From contig NZ_CP046534.1 in NCBI RefSeq assembly GCF_009827135.1, positions 390,001 through 422,000 on the forward strand: DNA of 32,000 nt, read 5' to 3'. Shown piece by piece: positions 1 to 13,171 of this stretch. The DNA is from Blochmannia endosymbiont of Camponotus nipponensis (lineage in GTDB: Bacteria > Pseudomonadota > Gammaproteobacteria > Enterobacterales > Enterobacteriaceae). The notes under the pieces are model-generated. The model was not told where the DNA came from, made no database searches, and worked only from the letters and a program-made list of their open reading frames with translations. Every line of letters begins with the position of its first letter. Within the stretch, counting starts at the first letter, position 1. Made by a program: the position numbers and the translations under genes.

Positions 1-373
1 GCAATATTCTTTCCAAATGTATATAAAGAATTCCATATTCCAAATTTGCACCTGTTATTTGAATATGTTCAGCTAATTGAAATTTTCTTTCAAAATTATG
101 CTCAGTAATACCTTGATACAAATAATTTTTAGAATTTTGATGAGAATCAACATGTATTCCTTTGACTACTAACATATTATCATGCATTGTAATATCCAAC
201 TCACTATTCGTAAAACCGGCTACTACAATAGAAATACAGTATTTATGTTCACTAACTAACTCAACATTATAAGGAGGATAATCATCATTACTTTGTCCAA
301 CCTCCAAAAAATTAACTAATCTATCAAATCCAATGACAGAACCGTATAATGGAGAAAAATCAAAATTACGCAT
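1..373 (-). CDS. ibpA: small heat-shock protein IbpA (N-terminal ~124 codons; the 3' end runs off the left edge of the window)
   Basis: Absent from the ORF track because it has no in-window stop. Reverse-strand ATG at 373..371 with GGAG about 8 nt upstream. My translation is [74 protein letters not shown]...[40 protein letters not shown]. It is colinear with remembered E. coli IbpA ([68 protein letters not shown]). Confidence 0.9.
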   Translation of the reverse strand, partial: MRNFDFSPLYGSVIGFDRLVNFLEVGQSNDDYPPYNVELVSEHKYCISIVVAGFTNSELDITMHDNMLVVKGIHVDSHQNSKNYLYQGITEHNFERKFQLAEHIQITGANLEYGILYIHLERIL

Positions 374-581
374 ATATAACACTCCAAAAAAAATAATTAC
401 TAACTTTTATAAATTCAAAAGTATAGACATAATAACTGTGTTTTTACAATAATATTACCACCATATTATAGTACTATATATACCTGTATTTTCAACCATA
501 TTATTACATAATAACGCTGTCTATTGAATACAAAAATATACTGCTATATATATAAAAATTTATCCAGATATAATAAACAAT

Positions 582-3032
<2,451 letters not shown>

Positions 3033-3038
3033 TTAGTT

Positions 3039-3057
3039 TATATATATATATATATAT
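3039..3057. repeat. (TA)9 dinucleotide microsatellite in the dnaN-gyrB spacer
   Basis: Read directly: ta tatatatata tatatat at 3039-3057, about 40 nt upstream of the gyrB start. Confidence 0.9.
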
Positions 3058-3294
3058 CGAAGATCGTTATCATCGAGCTTTAAATCCTACTAAATTATAT
3101 ACACATGCACACGCATATCATCTTGCTCATGTCATCAGTATTATATTGAAATAATAAACATACATATAATAATTGTAATATGTAATTACATATACATAAC
3201 GATTTATTCTGACTGTTATTATTAACTTCCACCCAAAATCTAACACACGATTTTAATAGTAAAATATATGTTACATTACAATCCGAAAATCTTA

Positions 3295-4398
3295 TTATGT
3301 TCGAATTGGCATGACGATATATGTTGCACCATAACATTTTACTGTACTTTCAATCTGAACACTAGAAATTTCGTTAGTAAAAAAAAAATGTAAGATTTCG
3401 GTATCCATTACATGAAGTATATCAAGTAAATAGTCTACATTGAAAGAGATTTCCATATTTCGCCCTGAATACAAAACATCTAAAATTTCTTCTGATGCTT
3501 CATGTTCAAAATTATGTGCAGTTATTTTTAACTGATTATTAACTAACTTAAATTGAATAACACGAAGCTTTGCATGAGAAACAATAGCTGCTCGTTTTAA
3601 AGCATTTCTTAAAGTATCACATGCTACTTCCAAAACATTTTCAGAACCTTTTAAAAAAACATTACGATAATTTGGAAATACAGCATCAATTAATTTAGAA
3701 GTAAAAATATAATTATCTATCTTTATACGAATACTGTTATGATTTGTTTGAATATCAACTAATTTTTCTCTAACGCTTAACAAACGCAATATTTCAATAA
3801 CCCCTTTACGAGGTATGATGATCGATTGATATGGTAACAATGTATCCACAGTTGTTTCGCAACTTGCTAAACGATGACCATCTGTTGCTACGATACGCAA
3901 CACATGTTCTTTAGTTTCAAAAAATATACCATTTAAATAATAACGTACATCTTGATGCCCCATAGAAAATTGAGTTAATTCAATCATTTTTTTTAAAATA
4001 GTTTGTGATATAACTAATTTTGATTTACTATCCCATTCCTCTAATTTAGGAAAATCTGATGAACAAAACATAGAAAAATGAAATGTACTATATTCAGTAC
4101 AAATGGTTAGTTTATCATCTTTTGATGTTATAGAAATCTTTGATGACTCAGGTAAACTCCTACAAATTTCAAAAAACTTACGTCCTGGTACTGTAATAGA
4201 CCCAACGGAATATTTATTCATCAACATTACTCGAACTGTTATTTCTATTTCTAAATCTGTAGCAGTAATAAACAAATAGTTGTCACTGACTTCTAATAAC
4301 ACGTGGTTTAATATTGGCATCCTTGGCCGCCCACTGATGATACTCACTAATTTTTGCAAAGGTTGATATAATGACTTTCTATCTATTATAAAATTCAT
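3295..4398 (-). CDS. dnaN: DNA polymerase III beta sliding clamp
   Basis: 367-aa ORF with an ATG start. It is colinear with E. coli DnaN (366 aa). Shared motifs: QFSM.HQDVRYYLNG..FET, VATDGHRLA, IIPRKGVIE, FTSKL.D..FP.YR.V, NQLKITA.N.E.E..EEILDV.YSG..MEI.FNV.Y.LD.L, VQIE......YVVMP.R. Confidence 0.97.
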   Translation of the reverse strand: MNFIIDRKSLYQPLQKLVSIISGRPRMPILNHVLLEVSDNYLFITATDLEIEITVRVMLMNKYSVGSITVPGRKFFEICRSLPESSKISITSKDDKLTICTEYSTFHFSMFCSSDFPKLEEWDSKSKLVISQTILKKMIELTQFSMGHQDVRYYLNGIFFETKEHVLRIVATDGHRLASCETTVDTLLPYQSIIIPRKGVIEILRLLSVREKLVDIQTNHNSIRIKIDNYIFTSKLIDAVFPNYRNVFLKGSENVLEVACDTLRNALKRAAIVSHAKLRVIQFKLVNNQLKITAHNFEHEASEEILDVLYSGRNMEISFNVDYLLDILHVMDTEILHFFFTNEISSVQIESTVKCYGATYIVMPIRT

Positions 4399-4624
4399 AG
4401 TTAAACTTTATTTTATATCGTATTTTAATTAATTAATTGATGATGATTTTTTACTAACATTTCAAGCGTATACTATAGTAGAATACTATACGAAATATAA
4501 AATATAAATACATTAATAAACTAATAAAAACTTCACAATACAACCACGTACACACTCATCTTTCATTAATCTGTTCTTCAAAATAGATTAATCATAAAAT
4601 GATAAAACAAACTTTAATTTTTTT

Positions 4625-4653
4625 TTGACTTTATATATACTATACAGTAATAT
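4625..4653 (+). promoter_or_regulatory. candidate sigma70 promoter for the rpmH-rnpA-yidD-yidC(-mnmE) unit
   Basis: TTGACT (4625-4630), a 17-nt spacer, then TAATAT (4648-4653), about 83 nt upstream of the rpmH ATG and preceded by a T9 run. Sequence match only. -10-like hexamers are common in DNA this AT-rich, so this is weak. Confidence 0.3.
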
Positions 4654-4735
4654 ACATACTGGTTTATACATATTTTAACTAAATAAAAAATTGAAAATTA
4701 CTTTTGTTACTAAGTAAACATACAAAAATTTAAAT

Positions 4736-4876
4736 ATGAAACGCACCTTTCAGCCTTCCGTATTAAAACGTAATAGAACACACGGATTTAGAGCAAGAAT
4801 GTCAAGTAGACAAGGGCGTCAAATATTATCAAGACGCAGAGCTAAGAGACGTGTGCGATTGGTTGTATCTTTTTAA
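4736..4876 (+). CDS. rpmH: 50S ribosomal protein L34
   Basis: Too short for the ORF track. ATG at 4736, TAA at 4874-4876. Translation [46 protein letters not shown] (46 aa) is the typical L34 sequence. It lies directly upstream of rnpA as in most bacteria. Confidence 0.95.
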   Translation: MKRTFQPSVLKRNRTHGFRARMSSRQGRQILSRRRAKRRVRLVVSF

Positions 4877-4906
4877 ATGTTCAATAAAAACTATTAATGC
4901 AACCAG

Positions 4907-5254
4907 ATGAATAAAAAATGTTTACCTAAACAGGCACGATTGTTAAATTTAAATGAGTTTGTTTTTGTTTTTCAAAAACCAGAACGTATTAAAACAACCA
5001 AAATAACTTTATTAAGTAGACCTAATCACTTAGGATATCCTCGCATTGGATTAGCTATCTCGAAAAAATATATTAAATACGCTCATGAACGCAATAAAAT
5101 AAAAAGACATATGCGCGAAACTTTTCGCGCATATCAACATAACTTATCGGCAAAAGACTTTGTGCTAACTATTCGCTCAAAAGATATTATTTATTTGACA
5201 AACAATGCACTGATAAAAGAACTTGAAAAATTATGGTATCACCATTTGCGTTAA
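4907..5254 (+). CDS. rnpA: RNase P protein component
   Basis: 115-aa ORF. Matches E. coli RnpA (..RLL....F..VFQ.P.R......T.L.R.N.LG.PRIGL...KK.....HERN.IKR..RE.FR..QH.L...DFV.......L.N.AL...LEKLW..H). Canonical position after rpmH. Confidence 0.95.
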   Translation: MNKKCLPKQARLLNLNEFVFVFQKPERIKTTKITLLSRPNHLGYPRIGLAISKKYIKYAHERNKIKRHMRETFRAYQHNLSAKDFVLTIRSKDIIYLTNNALIKELEKLWYHHLR

Positions 5255-5496
5255 TAGAAAAAAGCATAATATGGTTAATATATGGATACCAAATCAGTAT
5301 CAGCCCTATATTAGGTCATCATTGCCGTTTTAAAATAACATGTTCTCAATATGGGATCGAGTCAATACATAAATTCGGAATGTTACGAGGTATTTGTATA
5401 ACATGCATGCGCATATTACAGTGTCATCCTTTAACTGTCAACAACAATAAAAAATTTAAATATTCTTCATACTCACGTATTCAGGGCATAATAAAT
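5233..5496 (+). CDS. yidD: membrane protein insertion efficiency factor YidD homolog. It has no stop codon of its own and is in frame with yidC
   Basis: The first 88 codons of ORF 5233..7152 read MVSPFALIEKSIIWLIYGYQISISPILGHHCRFKITCSQYGIESIHKFGMLRGICITCMRILQCHPL... This matches E. coli YidD (..[53 protein letters not shown]..). The ATG at 5233 overlaps the rnpA 3' end by 22 nt, and E. coli has a comparable rnpA/yidD overlap. I checked codons 5401-5499 by hand and found no stop before the yidC ATG. Confidence 0.8.
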
Positions 5497-7152
5497 ATGG
5501 ATTTACAACGTAATTTCTTTGTGACAATTTTTTTAATTGTGTCGTTTTTACTATGGCAAACATGGCAAACAGAATATCATCAAAGAATGAATGTTAAAAA
5601 CATAAATATAGATGTAAACACATGCCCATTGATTCAGTCTAAAAATAATGATGAAATAAAATATATTAACAATGCCAGTCATGTGATTACAATAAAAACA
5701 GATGTACTTTTACTCAAAATAAATACTTATGGAGGAGATATTGAAGAAGCATATCTACTGAATTATCTGAAAAATTTAAACTCTAAAGAACCTTTTCACT
5801 TACTAAGTACTTCGCAAGAATTTATATACCAAACGAACAGTGGACTAATAATAGAAAATATACCAAAAGATAAATCACTTAATAATAAAAAACTATTATA
5901 TACCACTAAAACCAATCAAAATATATACACACTACCAGAAAATGAAAATAAATTACAATTAAATTTAATACATCACGCCTCCAATGGAATTATATATACT
6001 AAGAATTATATTTTTAGTAGAAATAACTATTCCATATATGTATATTATACAATCAATAATATAAGTACTCACCCATTAAAAATTAAATTATTTGGTAATT
6101 TAGTGCAATCTATACACTATCCTAAATCACATGATAATAGTAACAACGAAGATAATTTCCCTTTATACTCTTATAGAGGATCAGCGTATTCTACGGATAA
6201 AAAAAAATATCAAAAATATAGCTTCAAAGATATAAAAAATATAAACTTAAATATTAATACCTCTAAAGGTTGGATAGCAATGTCACAAAAATACTTTGCG
6301 ACAGCTTGGATCCCCCTCACTCAAGGAAACATTACATTTTATACTACTCATCATGACAACAATAGTGTTTCTATAGGTTTTCAATCCGATTCATTATATA
6401 TTCCTACAGGAAAAAAAGGTGAACTAACATCTATATTATGGATAGGGCCAAAAATTCAAGAAAAAATGCGAGCAACAGCTCCAAATTTAGATTTAATCAT
6501 TGACTATGGATGGTTGTGGTTCATTGCCCAACCATTATTTAAATTACTAAGTTTTATTTATAACTACATAGGAAATTGGGGTATATCTATTATCATAATA
6601 ACATTAATTATACGTTTAATTATGTATCCCTTAACTAAAGCACAATATACTTCTATGGCAAAAATACGCATGTTACAACCTAAATTATCTTCAATACAAG
6701 AAGAATATAAACATGACAAACATCAATATCATCAAAAAACCATAGAATTATATAAAGAAGAAAAAGTAAACCCATTAGGCGGATGTTTACCTTTATTAAT
6801 TCAAATGCCAATATTCTTAGCCCTATACTACATGTTATCAGGTTCTGTAGAATTGAGGCACGCTAAATTTGCTTTCTGGATTCATGACTTATCCGCTCAA
6901 GACCCTTATTATATATTACCGATCTTGATGGGAATTACTATGTTTTTTATACAAAAAATGTCACCTACTACGATTACTGATACAATACAAAAAAAAATGA
7001 TGACTATCATGTTGATAATTTTTACTATATTCTTTTTATGGTTCCCATCTGGCTTAGTATTATATTATATAGCAAGCAATGTAATTACCATCATTCAACA
7101 ACAAATGATTTATCAAGGATTAGAAAAAAAAGGATTACATAATAAAAAATGA
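5497..7152 (+). CDS. yidC: membrane protein insertase YidC
   Basis: From the ATG at 5497 (MDLQRNFFVTIFLIVSFLLWQTWQ, compare E. coli [23 protein letters not shown]) the product is 551 aa versus 548 in E. coli. The C-terminal core is strongly conserved: DYGWLWFI.QPLFKLL, MYPLTKAQYTSMAK.RMLQPK, EKVNPLGGC.PLLIQMPIFLALYYML, HDLSAQDPYYILPILMG.TMFFIQKMSPTT, FFLWFPSGLVLYYI.SN..TIIQQQ.IY.GLEK.GLH. Confidence 0.96.
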   Translation: MDLQRNFFVTIFLIVSFLLWQTWQTEYHQRMNVKNINIDVNTCPLIQSKNNDEIKYINNASHVITIKTDVLLLKINTYGGDIEEAYLLNYLKNLNSKEPFHLLSTSQEFIYQTNSGLIIENIPKDKSLNNKKLLYTTKTNQNIYTLPENENKLQLNLIHHASNGIIYTKNYIFSRNNYSIYVYYTINNISTHPLKIKLFGNLVQSIHYPKSHDNSNNEDNFPLYSYRGSAYSTDKKKYQKYSFKDIKNINLNINTSKGWIAMSQKYFATAWIPLTQGNITFYTTHHDNNSVSIGFQSDSLYIPTGKKGELTSILWIGPKIQEKMRATAPNLDLIIDYGWLWFIAQPLFKLLSFIYNYIGNWGISIIIITLIIRLIMYPLTKAQYTSMAKIRMLQPKLSSIQEEYKHDKHQYHQKTIELYKEEKVNPLGGCLPLLIQMPIFLALYYMLSGSVELRHAKFAFWIHDLSAQDPYYILPILMGITMFFIQKMSPTTITDTIQKKMMTIMLIIFTIFFLWFPSGLVLYYIASNVITIIQQQMIYQGLEKKGLHNKK

Positions 7153-7231
7153 TTTATAATAGTATTTAAACAATCATTGAATAAGCATATTTTCATATTC
7201 CAACACGTTTTAAAGTAACAAAAAATTTTAT

Positions 7232-8656
7232 ATGAACTATTTAGTTGATACAATAGTTGCTATTTCTACCCCTCCAGGACGCGGAGGAATTGGGATTATA
7301 CGAATGTCCGGAAAATCAGTTCCTACAATTATTCCTCAATTATTAGGCAAAACACCTGAACCTAGAAAAGCAGAATATTTACCATTTTTAGATACAGATG
7401 GATCCATATTAGAAAAAATAATAGCTTTATTTTTTCCTGAGCCCAATTCTTTTACGGGAGAAAACATATTAGAAATTCACGGACATGGTGGTCAAATAAT
7501 TTTAGATATTTTGTTAGAACGAATTTTAAAAATATCCCCTACTATTCGAATAGCACATCCAGGAGAATTTAGTAAACGAGCATTCTTAAATAACAAAATA
7601 GATCTCATTCAAGCAGAAGCAATCGCCGACATTATTGATGCCACTTCACAACAAGCCGCCAAATCAGCGGCAAACTCTTTAAAAGGAATCTTTTCTCGTA
7701 AAATACGTATAATATCAGAACAACTTAGTACTTTACGCACATACATAGAGTCTTCTATTGATTTTTCAGAAGAAGAAATTAATATCATTTCACATGATGA
7801 AATTAAAAAAAAATTAAAAAGTATTACAAATAATATGAAACAAACATACAAATTAGCCTGTCACGGTGTTTTATTACGTGAAGGGATAAAAATAGTGATT
7901 GCTGGACAACCAAATGCTGGAAAATCTAGTTTATTTAACTCATTAATTGGAATTGACAGAGCAATTGTAAGTACAATATCTGGAACTACTCGAGATACAT
8001 TACACGAATGCATTCAATTAGATGGAGTAGCGTTCCATATTACTGATACCGCTGGGTTACAAAAAAGAAGCGATAATGAAATAGAACAAATTGGCATAAA
8101 ACGCGCATGGAACGAATTAAGTAACGCAGATCATATATTATGGGTAATTGATTCCAATAATAATAATAATATGAATATGGAATATCCAAATATTATCACA
8201 TTACAACATGTAGAAAAAATATTATTATCAAAAAATAAAAAGATCCCCATCACAATTATACATAATAAATCTGATTTAACTAAAAATAAAACCGGAATGA
8301 GCACAATCAACAATTATACAATTATCACACTATCAGCTTTGTTTGACGATGGAATAAATTTTGTAAGAGAACATTTAAGTAAAAATATACAGTCTAAAAT
8401 ACAAAAAAATCATCCTTACAATTCTACTGAAAACCAAGGGAATTTTATCGCACGTAGACGTCATTTAGATGCTCTTGAAAAATCTTCCCAATATCTTCTT
8501 TCCGCTTATAATCAACTATTATCTGGTACGATAATCAATGAACTTTTTGCAGAAGATCTTAAATTAGCACATAATGAACTAAGTAAAATTTTTGGAAAAT
8601 TTACCTCTGAAGACTTATTACAAAAAATATTTTCCACATTTTGTATTGGAAAATAA
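7232..8656 (+). CDS. mnmE: tRNA modification GTPase MnmE (TrmE/ThdF)
   Basis: 474-aa ORF. Motifs: TPPGRGG.GI.R.SG, PNSFTGE..LE..GHGG, RIA.PGEFS.RAFLN.K.DL.QAEAIAD.IDA.S..AA.SA, G-domain GxPNAGKSSL and DTAGL, C-terminal FTS.DLL..IFS.FCIGK. Confidence 0.97.
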   Translation: MNYLVDTIVAISTPPGRGGIGIIRMSGKSVPTIIPQLLGKTPEPRKAEYLPFLDTDGSILEKIIALFFPEPNSFTGENILEIHGHGGQIILDILLERILKISPTIRIAHPGEFSKRAFLNNKIDLIQAEAIADIIDATSQQAAKSAANSLKGIFSRKIRIISEQLSTLRTYIESSIDFSEEEINIISHDEIKKKLKSITNNMKQTYKLACHGVLLREGIKIVIAGQPNAGKSSLFNSLIGIDRAIVSTISGTTRDTLHECIQLDGVAFHITDTAGLQKRSDNEIEQIGIKRAWNELSNADHILWVIDSNNNNNMNMEYPNIITLQHVEKILLSKNKKIPITIIHNKSDLTKNKTGMSTINNYTIITLSALFDDGINFVREHLSKNIQSKIQKNHPYNSTENQGNFIARRRHLDALEKSSQYLLSAYNQLLSGTIINELFAEDLKLAHNELSKIFGKFTSEDLLQKIFSTFCIGK

Positions 8657-8881
8657 AAATATATTAACTTCATAAACAAACTCACATTGATTCATATAAA
8701 TATATGTTCTTCAAATAACTTGATGTTACAAAGTACTTTACATACTAATACATAAAAAATTCTATACTTGGTATAATATATATTCACAATTAATATAAAA
8801 AATCAACTACATAATACAACTATAATAAAGAATAAACACAATAATTATTTCTTATACAAATGAAATAAATAAAAAATAGAA

Positions 8882-10270
8882 TCATTTTTTCTTTTTTGAT
8901 CGCTTCCAATTTAAAATAGAAAATTGTCGTATTCTACTAATGATAGTTTCACCAGCTGGCACATCTTTTGTGACTGTAGTTCCAGCTCCAATAATCGCTC
9001 TTTTTCCAATAGTTACTGGAGCTACCAATTGACTATCAGCACCAATAAAAACATTGTCGCCGATGATAGTATGATGCTTCTTAATACCATCATAATTACA
9101 AATAATAGTGCCCGCCCCAATATTGACTTGAGTACCAATATTTGCATCACCTAAATAACTAAGATGTCTAACTTTTGATCGTTCGCCCAATCGAGTATTT
9201 TTTATCTCAACAAAATTTCCCACATGACTTTTTTCTTTTAATTCAGTTCCTGGTCTCAATCGAACAAATGGCCCAACTTTACTTTGAAAACTTATTTTTG
9301 CATTTTCAATGATTGAAAATGGATATATTACTACATCATCTTCAACAACTGTATCTTTTAGTATACAACTTGCTCCTATTTTCACTCTATTTCCCAAAGA
9401 CACATGTCCTTCAATAATAACATTTACATCTATATTCACATCTTTTCCATGCACTAACGTTCCTCTTAAATCAAATCTATTAGGATCAGTTATTATTAAT
9501 CCCGATGATAACAAATATTGTACTTGTCTTTTTTGATACTGTCTGTCTAAATAAACTAAATCTGATTTACTGTTTACCCCCATAATTTCAAATGTGTCAG
9601 TAGAACACATAGTATGTATAACGTAACCTGACTGATAAGCTATATGGACAATATCTGTTAAATAAAATTCATTTGTTAACCTATGAGGCGTTAATGTATT
9701 TAACCAAAACTTTAAATGCCCAGAAACAGCAATAAAAATACCAGTATTAATTTCTTTAATTTGTTTTTGATCATCATTAACAATATCATCATGTTCTAAG
9801 ATACTAACAACACTACCTTCTTGGTTCCGAATTATGCGTCCGTACCCATTTGGATTAGGTAATGTAGCTGTTAAAATACTTATATCACACTGTGATTTAA
9901 TAGAATGTAATCGTTGTAATGTTTGATAAGAAATAAAAGGAACATCACCATATAAAATAAGCACTTCTTCACTATCACTGATAACTGGTAATACTCTCTG
10001 AACAGCATTGCCAGTCCCAATAAGCTCATCTTGTAATATCCAATATACAGGAATTTTAAACTTATCCGTATTAATGTTTTCCATTACTGCTGCCCCTTTA
10101 TAACCATAAACTACATATACGGACTTAACACCAACCTGTATTACAGAATCCATCAGATGTTGCAATATAAACTTACCACCAATTTGGTATAATGCTTTTG
10201 GTGTATCAGACAACATTCTATTGCCTCTACCGGCAGCAAGAATAATTGCACTACAATTAATATGCACCAT
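8882..10270 (-). CDS. glmU: bifunctional GlcNAc-1-phosphate uridyltransferase / GlcN-1-phosphate acetyltransferase
   Basis: 462-aa ORF. Matches E. coli GlmU over its whole length (ILAAG.G.RM.SD.PK, LYGDVP.IS..TLQRL, EINTGI, left-handed beta-helix hexapeptide repeats, NIGAGTI.CNYDG..K..T.IGD.VF.G.D.QLVAPVT.G). Downstream of atpC as in E. coli. Confidence 0.97.
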   Translation of the reverse strand: MVHINCSAIILAAGRGNRMLSDTPKALYQIGGKFILQHLMDSVIQVGVKSVYVVYGYKGAAVMENINTDKFKIPVYWILQDELIGTGNAVQRVLPVISDSEEVLILYGDVPFISYQTLQRLHSIKSQCDISILTATLPNPNGYGRIIRNQEGSVVSILEHDDIVNDDQKQIKEINTGIFIAVSGHLKFWLNTLTPHRLTNEFYLTDIVHIAYQSGYVIHTMCSTDTFEIMGVNSKSDLVYLDRQYQKRQVQYLLSSGLIITDPNRFDLRGTLVHGKDVNIDVNVIIEGHVSLGNRVKIGASCILKDTVVEDDVVIYPFSIIENAKISFQSKVGPFVRLRPGTELKEKSHVGNFVEIKNTRLGERSKVRHLSYLGDANIGTQVNIGAGTIICNYDGIKKHHTIIGDNVFIGADSQLVAPVTIGKRAIIGAGTTVTKDVPAGETIISRIRQFSILNWKRSKKKK

Positions 10271-10379
10271 AATCTACATATCTCTTTTAATTTTTATATA
10301 TAAATTAACTTATCACTAGACCGCAATACACAATTACACTCATACAAATAAAAAATTGTTTTTATGCTATAATCATTAA

Positions 10380-10814
10380 TTACATATGATTATTTCTTTT
10401 AGTTAATTCAATCAATCTAAGTTTTGCAATAGCTTTAGATAAATCTGCAGCTATTTTAATATAATCTATATCATCACTATATCGTGTACCTTTAATATAT
10501 TTCTCAGCTTTATGTTTAGCTTCTTTAGCTTTTTTTTCATCTAATTCTTCAGCGCGAATGGCTGTATCCGCTAATATTGTCACTATATTCTTCTGAACCT
10601 CAAGTATACCTCCAGATATATATATATATTCTTCATTACCACACGAATGCACTATACGTAAAACCCCCGGCTTAATCGAAGTAAGTAATGGAGCATGACC
10701 CGGAAAAATACCCATTTCACCTTCAATACCCATTATTTGAATTTTCTGAACTGCACCAGAAAATATCTGCCTTTCAACAGAAACAACGGTTAAATAATAA
10801 TCATGCCTATACAT
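10380..10814 (-). CDS. atpC: F1 ATP synthase epsilon subunit
   Basis: 144 aa. [34 protein letters not shown]......[11 protein letters not shown]...VT.LADTAIR matches E. coli AtpC. Last gene of the atp operon. Confidence 0.96.
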   Translation of the reverse strand: MYRHDYYLTVVSVERQIFSGAVQKIQIMGIEGEMGIFPGHAPLLTSIKPGVLRIVHSCGNEEYIYISGGILEVQKNIVTILADTAIRAEELDEKKAKEAKHKAEKYIKGTRYSDDIDYIKIAADLSKAIAKLRLIELTKRNNHM

Positions 10815-10854
10815 ATCCGTACCTTTTCAACATTGCCTGCAATATAACGACAAT

Positions 10855-12273
<1,419 letters not shown>

Positions 12274-13143
12274 TTACATTACAGAAGCTCCTGAAACAAT
12301 TTCTGTAAGTTCTTCTGTAATTTTAGTTTGTCTAACTTTGTTATAAAATAATTTTAAATCATTAATAATAACTTCTCCATTATCTGAAGCAGTTTTCATC
12401 GCCATCATACGAGCAGACTGTTCACTAGCTAAATTTTCTACTACTCCTTGGTACACTTGTGATTCAATATACCGTTGCAACAAACTATTTAATAATGTTT
12501 TAGAATCCGGTTCATATAAATAATCCCAATATCTAGTACGTAACGTAGTTTTATCTACGGAAACGATCGGTAAAATTTGTAAAACTTGAGGAATCTGAGA
12601 TAAAGTATTAACAAATTTATTATATGCTAAATACAATCTATCCACTTGATTATTATCATATAACTGCAACATTATCCTCACTGAACCAATGAGCGATGAC
12701 ATTTCCGGAGCATCTCCAATTCCATAAACACAACTGACTATCTTCATTGGTTTCATGCAATGAAAAAAAGAAGCAGCTTTTGATCCAATCATAGCTAATT
12801 TTATATTTGTTCCTAAATTATTCCATTTATCAAAATCACATAATAATTTTCTGAACAAATTAATATTTAACCCTCCTGTTAATCCTCTATCCGTTGATAT
12901 TATCCAATAACCAACAGATTGAATTTTTCGTCGTTCTAAAAAATAAGAATGTTTATATTCCAATGTTCCTAAAGAAATATGATTAATAACTTTACGAATA
13001 GTTTCTGAATACGGTTTACTGACTAACATACGCTTCTGCGTTTTATAAATCTTAGAAGCAGAAATCATTTCCATAGCCTTAGCAATTTTTTGTATATTGC
13101 GTATACTATCTATTTTTCCACGTATTTCTTGTGAACCAGACAT
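12274..13143 (-). CDS. atpG: F1 ATP synthase gamma subunit
   Basis: 289 aa. The N-terminal EIR.KI.S..N.QKI.KAMEM..ASK and C-terminal RQ..IT.EL.EIV.GA..V are typical AtpG. Correct operon position. Confidence 0.96.
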   Translation of the reverse strand: MSGSQEIRGKIDSIRNIQKIAKAMEMISASKIYKTQKRMLVSKPYSETIRKVINHISLGTLEYKHSYFLERRKIQSVGYWIISTDRGLTGGLNINLFRKLLCDFDKWNNLGTNIKLAMIGSKAASFFHCMKPMKIVSCVYGIGDAPEMSSLIGSVRIMLQLYDNNQVDRLYLAYNKFVNTLSQIPQVLQILPIVSVDKTTLRTRYWDYLYEPDSKTLLNSLLQRYIESQVYQGVVENLASEQSARMMAMKTASDNGEVIINDLKLFYNKVRQTKITEELTEIVSGASVM

Positions 13144-13171
13144 ATTTTAAATCCCATAATAACAATGAAAC

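Noticed and set aside
465-495. TTGAAA (minus strand, 495..490) upstream of ibpA, considered as a sigma-32 -35 element (consensus CTTGAAA-N13-14-CCCCATNT), with a possible ROSE-like thermometer in the ~90-nt leader.
   Set aside because: No C-rich -10 follows at the right distance. The nearest TATAAT (470..465) is 19 nt away, which is poor for sigma70. I could not fold the leader reliably by hand. It needs TSS data.
3178-3193. Perfect palindromes of 14-17 bp in spacers, considered as operator sites: ATATGTAATTACATAT (3178-3193), CATTTATATAAATG (21624-21637), AGATATTGACAATATCT (25855-25871), ACTTATTGCAATAAGT (25985-26000).
   Set aside because: At about 80% A+T the per-pair match probability is about 0.35. 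An 8-pair palindrome is therefore expected about once or twice per 5-6 kb of spacer. The observed number is at chance level and the four sequences share no common motif.
3095-3337. 80-aa minus-strand ORF in the dnaN-gyrB spacer, considered as a possible recF remnant or novel small protein.
   Set aside because: It overlaps the dnaN 3' end. It has no RecF Walker A or other similarity, is Cys/Asn/Ile-rich and compositional, and has no SD.
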